Virus record (IMG/VR): IMGVR_UViG_3300031669_000087
Length of the DNA: 40,277 nucleotides
DNA from: a virus
Reading direction: 5' to 3' (one strand)
Shown: piece after piece, positions 1 through 7,791 of the stretch
How the letters are laid out: each line of letters opens with the position of its first letter
Numbering within the stretch: the first letter of the stretch is position 1
Translations under genes and position numbers: made by a program
The notes under the pieces: generated by a model
The model's database searches: none
Told to the model about the DNA's origin: nothing
Seen by the model: only the letters and a program-made list of their open reading frames with translations

Positions 1-75
1 TGCTGATGCGCTTCGCAGCGCAGCGGCTCATCTTCATGACTTCACTCTCTACCTGGGACTCGTTCGGCAAGGGCT
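1..75. repeat. Terminal overlap, identical to 40203..40277
   Basis: Direct reading: tgctgatgcgcttcgcagcgcagcggctcatcttcatgacttcactctctacctgggactcgttcggcaagggct occurs at both ends of the window. Confidence 0.95.
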
Positions 76-125
76 GGGCGCGTCGCATCGCCAAGGATCT
101 TCTTTACGCAGCGGAGGATAACTGA
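1..125 (+). CDS. 3' end of GH108-type endolysin (continuation of the ORF that runs off the window end at 40277)
   Basis: The frame opened at 39854 continues through the terminal overlap: ...LMRFAAQRLIFMTSLSTWDSFGKGWARRIAKDLLYAAEDN. The TGA at 123..125 overlaps the next ATG (TGATG). Confidence 0.8.
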   Translation, partial: LMRFAAQRLIFMTSLSTWDSFGKGWARRIAKDLLYAAEDN

Positions 126-532
126 TGGACATCACCGGCATCGGCTCGGTAGCGGATCTCGCTTCCGGCATCATCAACAAGATCTGGCCTGACAAGACGC
201 AGGCAGAAAAAGACCAGATGGCTCAGGCCCTTGCGCTTTTGCAGGGCCAGATCTCCATGAACCAGGGGCAGCTCGACATCAACAAAGTGGAAGCAGCCAA
301 CCCCACGCTGTTTGTGGCAGGCTGGCGCCCCTTCGTGGGTTGGGTATGCGGCTCGGCTTGCGCGTGGAATTGGGTGGGGCTGCCCATTGCCAAGTTTGGC
401 GCAGCGGCATTCCATCACGTCATCGACGTGACTCCTGCGGATCTGACGCAGATGCTTCCTCTACTCATGGGCCTTCTCGGCATGGGCGCCCTGCGCACCT
501 ATGAGAAGACCAAGGGTGTTGCCGCCAAGTAA
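125..532 (+). CDS. Holin, 3-TM class (resembles the 'holin of 3TMs for gene-transfer release' / DUF3154 family)
   Basis: 135 aa. The motif FVAGWRPFVGWVCG and the C-terminal LLGMGALRTYEKTKG match my memory of that family. It has hydrophobic segments, overlaps the endolysin stop, and sits in a lysis cassette. Confidence 0.7.
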   Translation: MDITGIGSVADLASGIINKIWPDKTQAEKDQMAQALALLQGQISMNQGQLDINKVEAANPTLFVAGWRPFVGWVCGSACAWNWVGLPIAKFGAAAFHHVIDVTPADLTQMLPLLMGLLGMGALRTYEKTKGVAAK

Positions 533-597
533 CCGTTCAGCCCCCTTTTCACCACCGTTCAGCCTGCGCTTTGCGCCCACAAAGAGGATGGCCTAAC

Positions 598-969
598 ATG
601 AATCAAGCCAAGGGAGGCACGGTGAGCGCCCAACATAAAACCATCTACGACGATGAAACGGGGATGCTCACGCTGCCAGAGGCAGAACGCCGGAAGCTGC
701 ATTTCAATCGAGGTATCAATCTCGACACCATTCTCATGTTGCTGACGATGCTGGCGGGCAGCATTTGGTGGGCTATGGGGCAGAACGACCGGGTGACGAA
801 AAACACCTCCGACATCCAGAAGAACAGCGCCGACATTATCGATCTGCGGGATCAGAACAAGGCCCAAGACTTCGAGTCCAATCGCCGCCAGGATCAAATC
901 CTGGCGGTCCTCAACGAGCAGAATAAGAAGATGGACGCGATGCTGCTGAACCAACGGCGTGGCCGCTAG
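598..969 (+). CDS. Type II membrane coiled-coil protein, Rz-like i-spanin candidate
   Basis: ATG at 598 follows AAAGAGGA. One N-proximal TM segment (ILMLLTMLAGSIWWAM) is followed by a charged helical region (DIQKNSADIIDLRDQNKAQDFESNRRQDQILAVLNEQNKKMDAMLL). It lies directly after the holin. The ORF track's longer form starts at TTG 571. Confidence 0.45.
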   Translation: MNQAKGGTVSAQHKTIYDDETGMLTLPEAERRKLHFNRGINLDTILMLLTMLAGSIWWAMGQNDRVTKNTSDIQKNSADIIDLRDQNKAQDFESNRRQDQILAVLNEQNKKMDAMLLNQRRGR

Positions 970-3140
970 TCGTCCATCGGCCAATCGACGTGGCCGCCAA
1001 TGTAGCGTTCCCAGTCGGCACGCAGCTTTTCCAAACCGGGGTTCCAATATCCGTAGCTGGTGTCCCCGGCTTTTTCTGGCCTGACTTTCTTCCGCTTAAA
1101 CGACGGCGCGACCTGCTTCAGGATCCGGCCGAAGGCGATGTCCTCAGGCAAGCGGCTTCGGATGTTGCGCGTCTTGGCCCATCTAGCGAATGCCTCCCGC
1201 AGGCGGGGCGTATGGGAGATCTCAGGCCATTCGCCTGCCCAGTCGCCGCCTTGGATCTGGCCTGAGTGGATGCAGTCCAGCCACCATTGCTGGGCCAGGT
1301 CCAGGCCGGCGTGCTTCTGCTCAATGAGCGCTGCCGTATTGGGCGCTTCGTTCACGTCTACGGTGGACAGGTCGAAGCTCTGAAAGTAGCCGAGCAACTG
1401 GGCGTAGCCCCCCTGTTCCATGCCTTCCCGCATGTCGATGAAGAACTTCCTGTCTTGGCGCCTGCCGTCCCCGAGACTGAAGACGGCAAAGCGGCGTTCG
1501 TCCACCGTGGCGGGGACGATCCATTCCTCATTGCCGATGATGACGATGCGAGACAGGTTCTTTCGGACCCGCGGTTCCTTGCCCTTGTGCTCGATGAGAT
1601 GCTTCGACCCCGTGATGAGCCCCTTGAGCCGGCCTTCGGCCCGCTTATCGCCAGCCCAGGCGGCTTCATCCAGCACGAAGCAAAGGTTCGCCTCCAGGTG
1701 AGAGTTGAAGTTACCGAGCAAGTAGCGGTCGTTGTCCGCAGTGACATAGTGGATGCCGAGCAGAGCGCCCACCCGGTCGATGAGCGCGTTTTTGCCCGTC
1801 CCCTTGGCGCCCTTGAATACCAAGGCCACCAGAGGTTTCTCCCACGGGCGCTGGATCATGTGGGCGAAGTAGCCCATGAGCCAGTTGAACAGCTTGGAGT
1901 CGCCGCCGCAGACGTTCTGAAGCGCGTGCTCCTTGAATGCTTCGACGGCCGGGTGAACTCCCGCCTTGGGCCGCACGGTGAACCCGCGCCATTGGTTATA
2001 CCATCGGCTCTCAACCTTCTGCTCAGGCGCGAAGACGATGCCGTCGTATTGGCGTCGGTTCTTCCACTCCATCCACGCCATGGAGATAGGCCGGGGCTTC
2101 TCCTTGCCAACGGCCCAGGGTTGGTTGGCATGCCAGGCGTGGAAGTCGGCCACGGGGATCCGTTCCGTGCAGAACTCCCCCTCCTCATTCGTGGTTTCCT
2201 GGAGGACGAAAGCGCCGGCCTTGATGAACGCGAACTGGCGATTGATCTCCTCAAAGGGATGGCCCTTTTCCACCGTATGTGGTGACTCGGGTGGGAGATC
2301 TTGGGCAAAAATTGCCTCAGGAGCGGCGGCGCCTTGGGGCTCACGGCCATACTTATAGGCGTGCCGGACCTTGGCTTCGAGGTCATCGAGTTCCCAAGGG
2401 GGTTCGCAGCGATCGTTCCACCCCCAGGCCATGAGCGCGAGGGCCTGGTCGACGTCACAGCCGAAGTCTTTCACCCTGGCTGCCACCTTGTAGGTGGTGA
2501 GGTCGCCGCCCTGAGATTGGATGGCGAACGGCGCCTCAGTGCTCAGCCAAGCAGATGCGCGATCAAACGCCCGATCAGGATTGATGCCGTCCAGGCTGCG
2601 GCTGCCAGCCCCACGGTCATGCTGATCCACCCCCAGACGATCAACCAGCCAAGCAGGCGCGTGTGCCAGTCGTGAGTGGCCGTTGATCTGTTGGTAGCCC
2701 TTGCCGTCAATGAGGCTGCCTGGAGCGACGATGTAGCCTCCTCGGCTGCGGATATCGAGGCCGGAACCGAGCACGTCCACGCCTTGCCGACAGGCTTCCC
2801 CGTGCGTGTATATGAGGTGGCGCCCTCCTGAAGCTGTCTCATGCTCGAGCGTGATTGGGAAGTCGGACCCGGCGAGTTCCAAACTGAGAAGCGTTTCGTC
2901 TCCACGCTTGCCCTCCTTGATGTCCACGTCTACGACGATGAGCGCTTCGTCATCCCCGAAGCGTGAGGTGCTGATCCCGATGTTGCGAGACTGGCCCGAC
3001 CACCACTTTCGGATCTGCTCTGCGTCCCGCGTGGCACGGGTCGGGTAATCCTTAATGGCGGGGAGTTTTGAGTTGTGGATGAGCGGGAATACGTGAAATC
3101 CACGGGAAGCGAGGGTGAGGGCTTGATCGAGTGGGGTCAT
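966..3140 (-). CDS. Bifunctional primase-polymerase (Prim-Pol) / PriCT / SF3 P-loop helicase
   Basis: 724 aa. The N-terminus is Prim-Pol-like (GFHVFPL...VVDVDIK...GGRHLIY...GGYIVAPGS). The middle is PriCT-like (GGDLTTYKVAARVKDFG). Walker A is GAKGTGKN, followed by a DEAAW-type Walker B. The ATG overlaps the polymerase stop (ATGA). Confidence 0.85.
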   Translation of the reverse strand: MTPLDQALTLASRGFHVFPLIHNSKLPAIKDYPTRATRDAEQIRKWWSGQSRNIGISTSRFGDDEALIVVDVDIKEGKRGDETLLSLELAGSDFPITLEHETASGGRHLIYTHGEACRQGVDVLGSGLDIRSRGGYIVAPGSLIDGKGYQQINGHSRLAHAPAWLVDRLGVDQHDRGAGSRSLDGINPDRAFDRASAWLSTEAPFAIQSQGGDLTTYKVAARVKDFGCDVDQALALMAWGWNDRCEPPWELDDLEAKVRHAYKYGREPQGAAAPEAIFAQDLPPESPHTVEKGHPFEEINRQFAFIKAGAFVLQETTNEEGEFCTERIPVADFHAWHANQPWAVGKEKPRPISMAWMEWKNRRQYDGIVFAPEQKVESRWYNQWRGFTVRPKAGVHPAVEAFKEHALQNVCGGDSKLFNWLMGYFAHMIQRPWEKPLVALVFKGAKGTGKNALIDRVGALLGIHYVTADNDRYLLGNFNSHLEANLCFVLDEAAWAGDKRAEGRLKGLITGSKHLIEHKGKEPRVRKNLSRIVIIGNEEWIVPATVDERRFAVFSLGDGRRQDRKFFIDMREGMEQGGYAQLLGYFQSFDLSTVDVNEAPNTAALIEQKHAGLDLAQQWWLDCIHSGQIQGGDWAGEWPEISHTPRLREAFARWAKTRNIRSRLPEDIAFGRILKQVAPSFKRKKVRPEKAGDTSYGYWNPGLEKLRADWERYIGGHVDWPMDD

Positions 3141-5149
3141 TTCCGATACCTCTTTCCGCGCCAGCCTTCAGCGGCCAGCGGCAGTCCAATTGCCCAGGAT
3201 GGAACCTCAGCCACGATTCCCTCGACGTGCTTCAGTGTGCCCTCATCGGCGTCTTCGTCAACCTCGACGACCGCTTCATCGTGAACGTGCATCACGATCG
3301 GGAATCCCGCAGCTTCCAGCCGCTTCATGGCCTCGGCCAACAGATCCCGTGCCACAGCTTGCGTCACGTTTTCCGCGAGGCTTCCACCGTAGGTGCTGAT
3401 ACGCTTCCAGGTTCCATTCGAGTTGGGATCCTCGACGATCTTGGCTTTGGGATTGGACACCACGGTCATGTAGGTGAGCGCGTCTTTCTCTTCGCCCCAA
3501 GGTGTGGTGACCGTTCGCATTTCGGGATAGGGGTAGCAGAGCACCCGGCCGCTGGGCAGCTTGCACCAGAGGAACGATCCGGACTTCCGGAAGGTGACCT
3601 CGCGTCCGACCGGGCCGACGCTTTGCTTCCCGCCTTCCTGAAGCGCGGCGATGGCCACCCGCTCCAGGTCATACCAATAGCTCACGATCTTGGGGTGGGC
3701 TAGCCGCCACGCTTGCTTGATCTCGTTGGCCTGGGCATCGGGCACCTTGATGAAGTAGTTCTTGGCCATGGACTGGAAGGCGCCAACGCCTCCGCCGTAG
3801 CCGAGGGCCAGCACGGCCACCTTGCCAATCTGCCTCTGTTCCTTCGTGACATCGTGGATGCCACAACGGTAGATGCCAGCCGCGGCGTGCTCATAGATGC
3901 GGCCGTGAGTCCGGAAGATCTGGAGGACGGACTCCTCGCCTGCCAACCACGCGAGCACCCGGGCCTCGACAGCACTGAAGTCTGCCGCGATCAGTTCCTT
4001 GCCAGGCGGGGCAATGAGCATCCCGCGGAGAGAGTCGGCCAGCGCGTCCATGACGGGGCCATAGAAGGCGTCCACATATGCCCGGTCATCCAGATGCGCT
4101 ATGATTTCCATCACATCTTTCGGCTTGGTGTCGGGACGGGGCCTCGGAAAATTCTGAACCTGGATCCCGCGCCCTGCCCACCGGCCGGTGGACGCCCCGT
4201 GGAATTGGTGGATCCCTCGCACCCTGCCTTCAACTGACGCCCGTTCCTTCATGGCTGCAAGTTTTGCCGTGCTGCTCTTGGCAGCCTCCTTCCGCAGTTC
4301 CAGGGCCGTGCGCACATTGGTCGGCAGATCACCGTCCAGGGTGTCCAGGACTTCGGCTTTGGCAACGCCTTTCATGTCCACGCCTTGGCTGCGGATCCAT
4401 TTCACGAGCAGTTGGACCTCGGTGCAGGAGCCGACAACGCCGCCAGTGGCCTGAAGCATATCTTTATTGAGCCGTTCTTTTTCAGCATCCACCAGGCGTA
4501 GCGCGGACTCAATCGAATGTAGATCAACTTGGACCCCGCGCTGATTGATCCGATGATCGAGGTTCCAGAGTCCTTGCTCAGAAGTAGAGAGTTCCATGAG
4601 CCGATGGTGAAGCGCTCTCTCCACCTCAACGTCCTGGGCGCAATAACGACAAAGCGCCGCGAATTGTTCCGGATCGTCTTCAGGCCTCCACATCTTTCCA
4701 TCGGGTTTAGGACGACACCACTTGAGCATGATGCGCTTGCCCGCGCCGTCCTTACGCTGGGCGATGCTGAGAGCCGGAGCCGCGGCTTCGAGGGCACCGG
4801 GCAGGCCCATCGCGTAAGCCATCGCCATCGTGCAGCGCAGCTGCTCGATCTTCAGTTCGGGCCAGCCGTATCGAGGAACCAGGACGAAGTTCCAGATAGC
4901 CCATTCAAATGGGGCGTTGTGCGCGTAGATGAGGCCGCCAGCTTGAACGTGCTCTTCGACCCGCAGCCTGGATGCCGTCATGCGCTCAAAACTAGGCTCA
5001 GAGCCGCCGACAATGTGAGCTGGCTCATCGTCAAAAGCGTAGCCGAGACAGTGGACGCCCGTGCTTGGATGCCGAGCGTAGACGTCGAGGCCCTGGGCCT
5101 TCAGGTCAACCTCGCTGTAGGTTTCAAAATCAAGGTGGAGTTTGGTCAT
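3137..5149 (-). CDS. Family A DNA polymerase with 3'-5' exonuclease domain
   Basis: Exo I is LDFETYS. Motif A is DFSAVEARVLAWL, motif B is RQIGKVAVLALGYGGG, and motif C is VMHVHDEAVVEV. I chose the start at MTKLHLDFETYS (ATG 5149), not the track's upstream start at 5239. Confidence 0.9.
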   Translation of the reverse strand: MTKLHLDFETYSEVDLKAQGLDVYARHPSTGVHCLGYAFDDEPAHIVGGSEPSFERMTASRLRVEEHVQAGGLIYAHNAPFEWAIWNFVLVPRYGWPELKIEQLRCTMAMAYAMGLPGALEAAAPALSIAQRKDGAGKRIMLKWCRPKPDGKMWRPEDDPEQFAALCRYCAQDVEVERALHHRLMELSTSEQGLWNLDHRINQRGVQVDLHSIESALRLVDAEKERLNKDMLQATGGVVGSCTEVQLLVKWIRSQGVDMKGVAKAEVLDTLDGDLPTNVRTALELRKEAAKSSTAKLAAMKERASVEGRVRGIHQFHGASTGRWAGRGIQVQNFPRPRPDTKPKDVMEIIAHLDDRAYVDAFYGPVMDALADSLRGMLIAPPGKELIAADFSAVEARVLAWLAGEESVLQIFRTHGRIYEHAAAGIYRCGIHDVTKEQRQIGKVAVLALGYGGGVGAFQSMAKNYFIKVPDAQANEIKQAWRLAHPKIVSYWYDLERVAIAALQEGGKQSVGPVGREVTFRKSGSFLWCKLPSGRVLCYPYPEMRTVTTPWGEEKDALTYMTVVSNPKAKIVEDPNSNGTWKRISTYGGSLAENVTQAVARDLLAEAMKRLEAAGFPIVMHVHDEAVVEVDEDADEGTLKHVEGIVAEVPSWAIGLPLAAEGWRGKRYRK

Positions 5150-5352
5150 CGTGGCCGCACAACCCAAGTGCCTAAAATAGCGCGGGATACCATCTGCGCG
5201 GACCATTCGCCGCCGACACAGATGTTCTCCTGGCACCAACCATCAAAGTCTATCTCTTCCTGATGGTCCCCCGCTTCATCGGCGGTATCAAAATGCCTCC
5301 CATCTGTCGTAACCCAACAGCGCTTCTCAACGACTTTATCGAAACTGTCCAT
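5146..5352 (-). CDS. Hypothetical protein (68 aa)
   Basis: MDSFDKVVEKRCWVTTDGRHFDTADEAGDH... is preceded by AAGGAGGG. Its stop overlaps the polymerase ATG (ATGA). The N-terminal part of the 161-aa track ORF looks like GC-driven read-through. Confidence 0.6.
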   Translation of the reverse strand: MDSFDKVVEKRCWVTTDGRHFDTADEAGDHQEEIDFDGWCQENICVGGEWSAQMVSRAILGTWVVRPR

Positions 5353-5416
5353 GGGACCCTCCTTCACCCCAAAGGCCCGCCGAAGCGGGCCAGTGGAGCG
5401 AAGTCGAGTCGTCGTC

Positions 5417-5968
5417 TTAGTCGAACAGGGAGCCGGCGTCACCGGTTCCAGCTGTCTCGACAGCATCGAACGCCTTGTTGGCGGGGGTGCGGCCGGCGCC
5501 GAGCGGATCATCGTCCTTGATCTTCTGGACATTCTGGAGGCCGAAGCTGACGCCCTTGTTGCCCTGCTGCTCATAGGCGAAGGGCCGAACCTGAGCGCGA
5601 TACCAAGCGCCCGAGTAGACCTCAACCTCATCGATGATGTCCTGGAGCTTGGCGTCGACCAGTCCGGGCCGCTTGTCGGCAGGGGCAGAGAAGGTCATGA
5701 CGATCCAGTCATCACCGATACCGGGGACCGGGTTCTCTAGGTCCTCGTTCTTGCGGAACGGGCTGCGAAGAACCTTGGGGACGCTGGCGCCCCACTTGTC
5801 CTTGGCGGCCTGCTCTGCGGCCTTCTTCAGGTCGGAGAGATTGGTCGTCGGGGGGAACATGGCGCGGATCGAATACTTCGGATCCTGGTTGCTTCCGTTC
5901 GGTTTAGAAGGCTTGAACACCGAAATGAATCCGGCGCGGAAAATGGGGGTGAGCATGTTGTCGGCCAT
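5417..5968 (-). CDS. ssDNA-binding protein, DUF2815 / T7 gp2.5-like
   Basis: 183 aa. It has an AAGGAG RBS, the segment SGAWYRAQVRPFAYEQQGNKGVSFGLQNVQ, and an acidic C-terminal tail ending GDAGSLFD. It sits between the DUF2800 nuclease and the polymerase, as in known DUF2800/DUF2815/PolA modules. Confidence 0.7.
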   Translation of the reverse strand: MADNMLTPIFRAGFISVFKPSKPNGSNQDPKYSIRAMFPPTTNLSDLKKAAEQAAKDKWGASVPKVLRSPFRKNEDLENPVPGIGDDWIVMTFSAPADKRPGLVDAKLQDIIDEVEVYSGAWYRAQVRPFAYEQQGNKGVSFGLQNVQKIKDDDPLGAGRTPANKAFDAVETAGTGDAGSLFD

Positions 5969-5997
5969 GGTGGCGACTCCTTTAGATTGAAGTGAAC

Positions 5998-7221
5998 TCA
6001 GTGAGAATCCGTCTCACCGGCGGTTTCGGAGGTTTCTCCGAATGCGGATTTCGGATCAAGGCTCACGGCTGGGCGTTTGTCCGAGTCGTGAACCAGGGTG
6101 TGGCCAGAGGATTCCTTGGTGACGTATGGCGCCAAGAAAGCCCCGCGTTCTTTTTCATTTTTTCCAGGCGCCATCTTTTCAATCTCGGTGACGCCTTTCA
6201 TTTCAGGTTCTTTCTGAAGCGCCGAAGCCTCAACCCCGAGCACGTCAGCAAGAAACCCAGCGATGTCAGGCTTCCACTTTCGTTGGGCCTGCTTCTCCAC
6301 CAGCTTGTAGTCGGGGATGGCATGGCCCTTCTCGGCTTCCGCGTAGGCAAACTCGCGGACATTCTTGATCCAGCCTTCCAGGATGGGAAGCGTGTCCAGG
6401 GTGCGGGCAAGTTCTGCTGGATCGTAGGTGCGAACCCCACCGTTGTCCACAGTGGCCACGGCGAAAACCTGCTTCGCTGTTTCCTGAGCTAGGTTCTTGA
6501 CTTTGGGGCAGGTCGGCGCCGCTAGGCACCACTGGCAGCCCTTGGCGGTGGGCTGAAGGTATTTGCCCTCCCATTCGGCGGCGGCATCAGGCTTCGTGGA
6601 CCGGAACTTCAGATAGAGATCTCCGTTGGCTTCGGCCTGGCGCACTCGCTTGATGGCGTCCAGGAGATCGGCGTGGAAGTCAATCAGATCGACGGCCAAG
6701 TATTCCTTGGCCCGTGCAGTGCCGTCGGCGTGGGGGATTCGGGGCTGGACGACGCCGACATCGATCGTTTCGGCAGGGTAACCGGCAGTCAGAAGGGACG
6801 CGAGCGCGTAGATCTTCAGCTGGAGGTTATTCGTCACTTCCACCGGGACGCCGGCGCCGTATTTCAGATCACGGACGAACAGCGTCTTGAGCTTCGGGTT
6901 CCAGACCAAGGCGTCAGCCGTGCCCCAACAGTCGTCGGAAACCTTGACCTGTTGCTCGACTTGCAGGATGGCGTCTGGACCATCGGCCAAAGTCTTGACG
7001 TGGTCGACGTAGACGCGGACATTGTCGCGCATCTCGGCGGTGTAGCCCTGAGCACACGGCTTGCCTTTGAGCATGAGTTCCGCCAGCCCGTGGGCCTTCG
7101 TCCCTTCGTCCGCATAAGGGCTGCTGGTCTCAGGGATGCCCGCGGACAGCACGACGGAACCCGGGCAGCTGAACCAGCGCTCAGCAGCTGAGGGGGAAAG
7201 TTTCGCGTGGAGTTCAGGCAT
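5998..7221 (-). CDS. PD-(D/E)XK nuclease, DUF2800 (Cas4/RecB-like) family
   Basis: The N-terminal signature is MPELHAKLSPSAAERWFSCPGSV...YADEGTKAHGLAE. There is a C-terminal Cys cluster (CQWCLAAPTCP). I chose the start at ATG 7221, which overlaps the upstream stop by 8 nt. Confidence 0.75.
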   Translation of the reverse strand: MPELHAKLSPSAAERWFSCPGSVVLSAGIPETSSPYADEGTKAHGLAELMLKGKPCAQGYTAEMRDNVRVYVDHVKTLADGPDAILQVEQQVKVSDDCWGTADALVWNPKLKTLFVRDLKYGAGVPVEVTNNLQLKIYALASLLTAGYPAETIDVGVVQPRIPHADGTARAKEYLAVDLIDFHADLLDAIKRVRQAEANGDLYLKFRSTKPDAAAEWEGKYLQPTAKGCQWCLAAPTCPKVKNLAQETAKQVFAVATVDNGGVRTYDPAELARTLDTLPILEGWIKNVREFAYAEAEKGHAIPDYKLVEKQAQRKWKPDIAGFLADVLGVEASALQKEPEMKGVTEIEKMAPGKNEKERGAFLAPYVTKESSGHTLVHDSDKRPAVSLDPKSAFGETSETAGETDSH

Positions 7222-7744
7222 TGCACTTGGCCATGAACTGAGCGTGGGCCTCGGCGCCCTTCTCAACCAGCTCGGTTACCCGAGCGCAGCCAAACGAGTC
7301 GAGCAGTTCCTTGCCCTTGACCATGCCGTGCTTGACCGTGAACTTCTGGAGGCCGGCGCGGAGTTCGTCGATGGTGAGAGCCTTTGCTTCACCGGCAGGC
7401 GCAGGTTGGCTCGGGAGTTCGGGTGAGGGCGCCGCATCGGCGGCAGCACCACTCGGGGCCGGCGTAGGGTTTTCCGGAGCGGGCTCGGCGGCAGTGGATT
7501 CCTTCTTGGGGCGCCCACGGCGTTTGGTCTCGGGCTGGGCCTCTCCGGTGAGCAGTTCGCCGCCAACCTCATTGACAGCCGCTGGCGTGAGTCCTGCCGA
7601 AGGCTCAAGCGGACGCAGGGTTTCGGTGGAAGCTACTCGCACCGAGGCGGTAGCGCCGATGCCGAACTTTCGGTTCAGCATGAGAACCAGGTCTTCGGCC
7701 CCAGCTTTGGTGATGGCTTCGAGATCGAACTCAATTCGGATCAT
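7214..7744 (-). CDS. Hypothetical protein with AT-hook and low-complexity Pro/Ala linker
   Basis: 176 aa with an AGGAGA RBS. It has the RRGRPKK AT-hook core in a PAPS-rich linker between two small globular ends. Confidence 0.6.
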   Translation of the reverse strand: MIRIEFDLEAITKAGAEDLVLMLNRKFGIGATASVRVASTETLRPLEPSAGLTPAAVNEVGGELLTGEAQPETKRRGRPKKESTAAEPAPENPTPAPSGAAADAAPSPELPSQPAPAGEAKALTIDELRAGLQKFTVKHGMVKGKELLDSFGCARVTELVEKGAEAHAQFMAKCNA

Positions 7745-7791
7745 GTTGCGTTTCTCCTGAAAGGCGAGGCACGGCCACGCCGGTGATGGGG

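Noticed and set aside
532-564. An 11-bp direct repeat, accgttcagcc, occurring twice (532..542 and 554..564) between the holin and the Rz-like gene.
   Set aside because: The repeat is real, but it is a single short duplication with no associated structure or partner motif elsewhere. It is probably a slippage relic.
653-745. An embedded +1-frame ORF, MKRGCSRCQRQNAGSCISIEVSISTPFSCC, as a possible Rz1-type o-spanin.
   Set aside because: The Cys at position 5 leaves no room for a signal peptide or lipobox, and there is no RBS. It is most likely a chance ORF.
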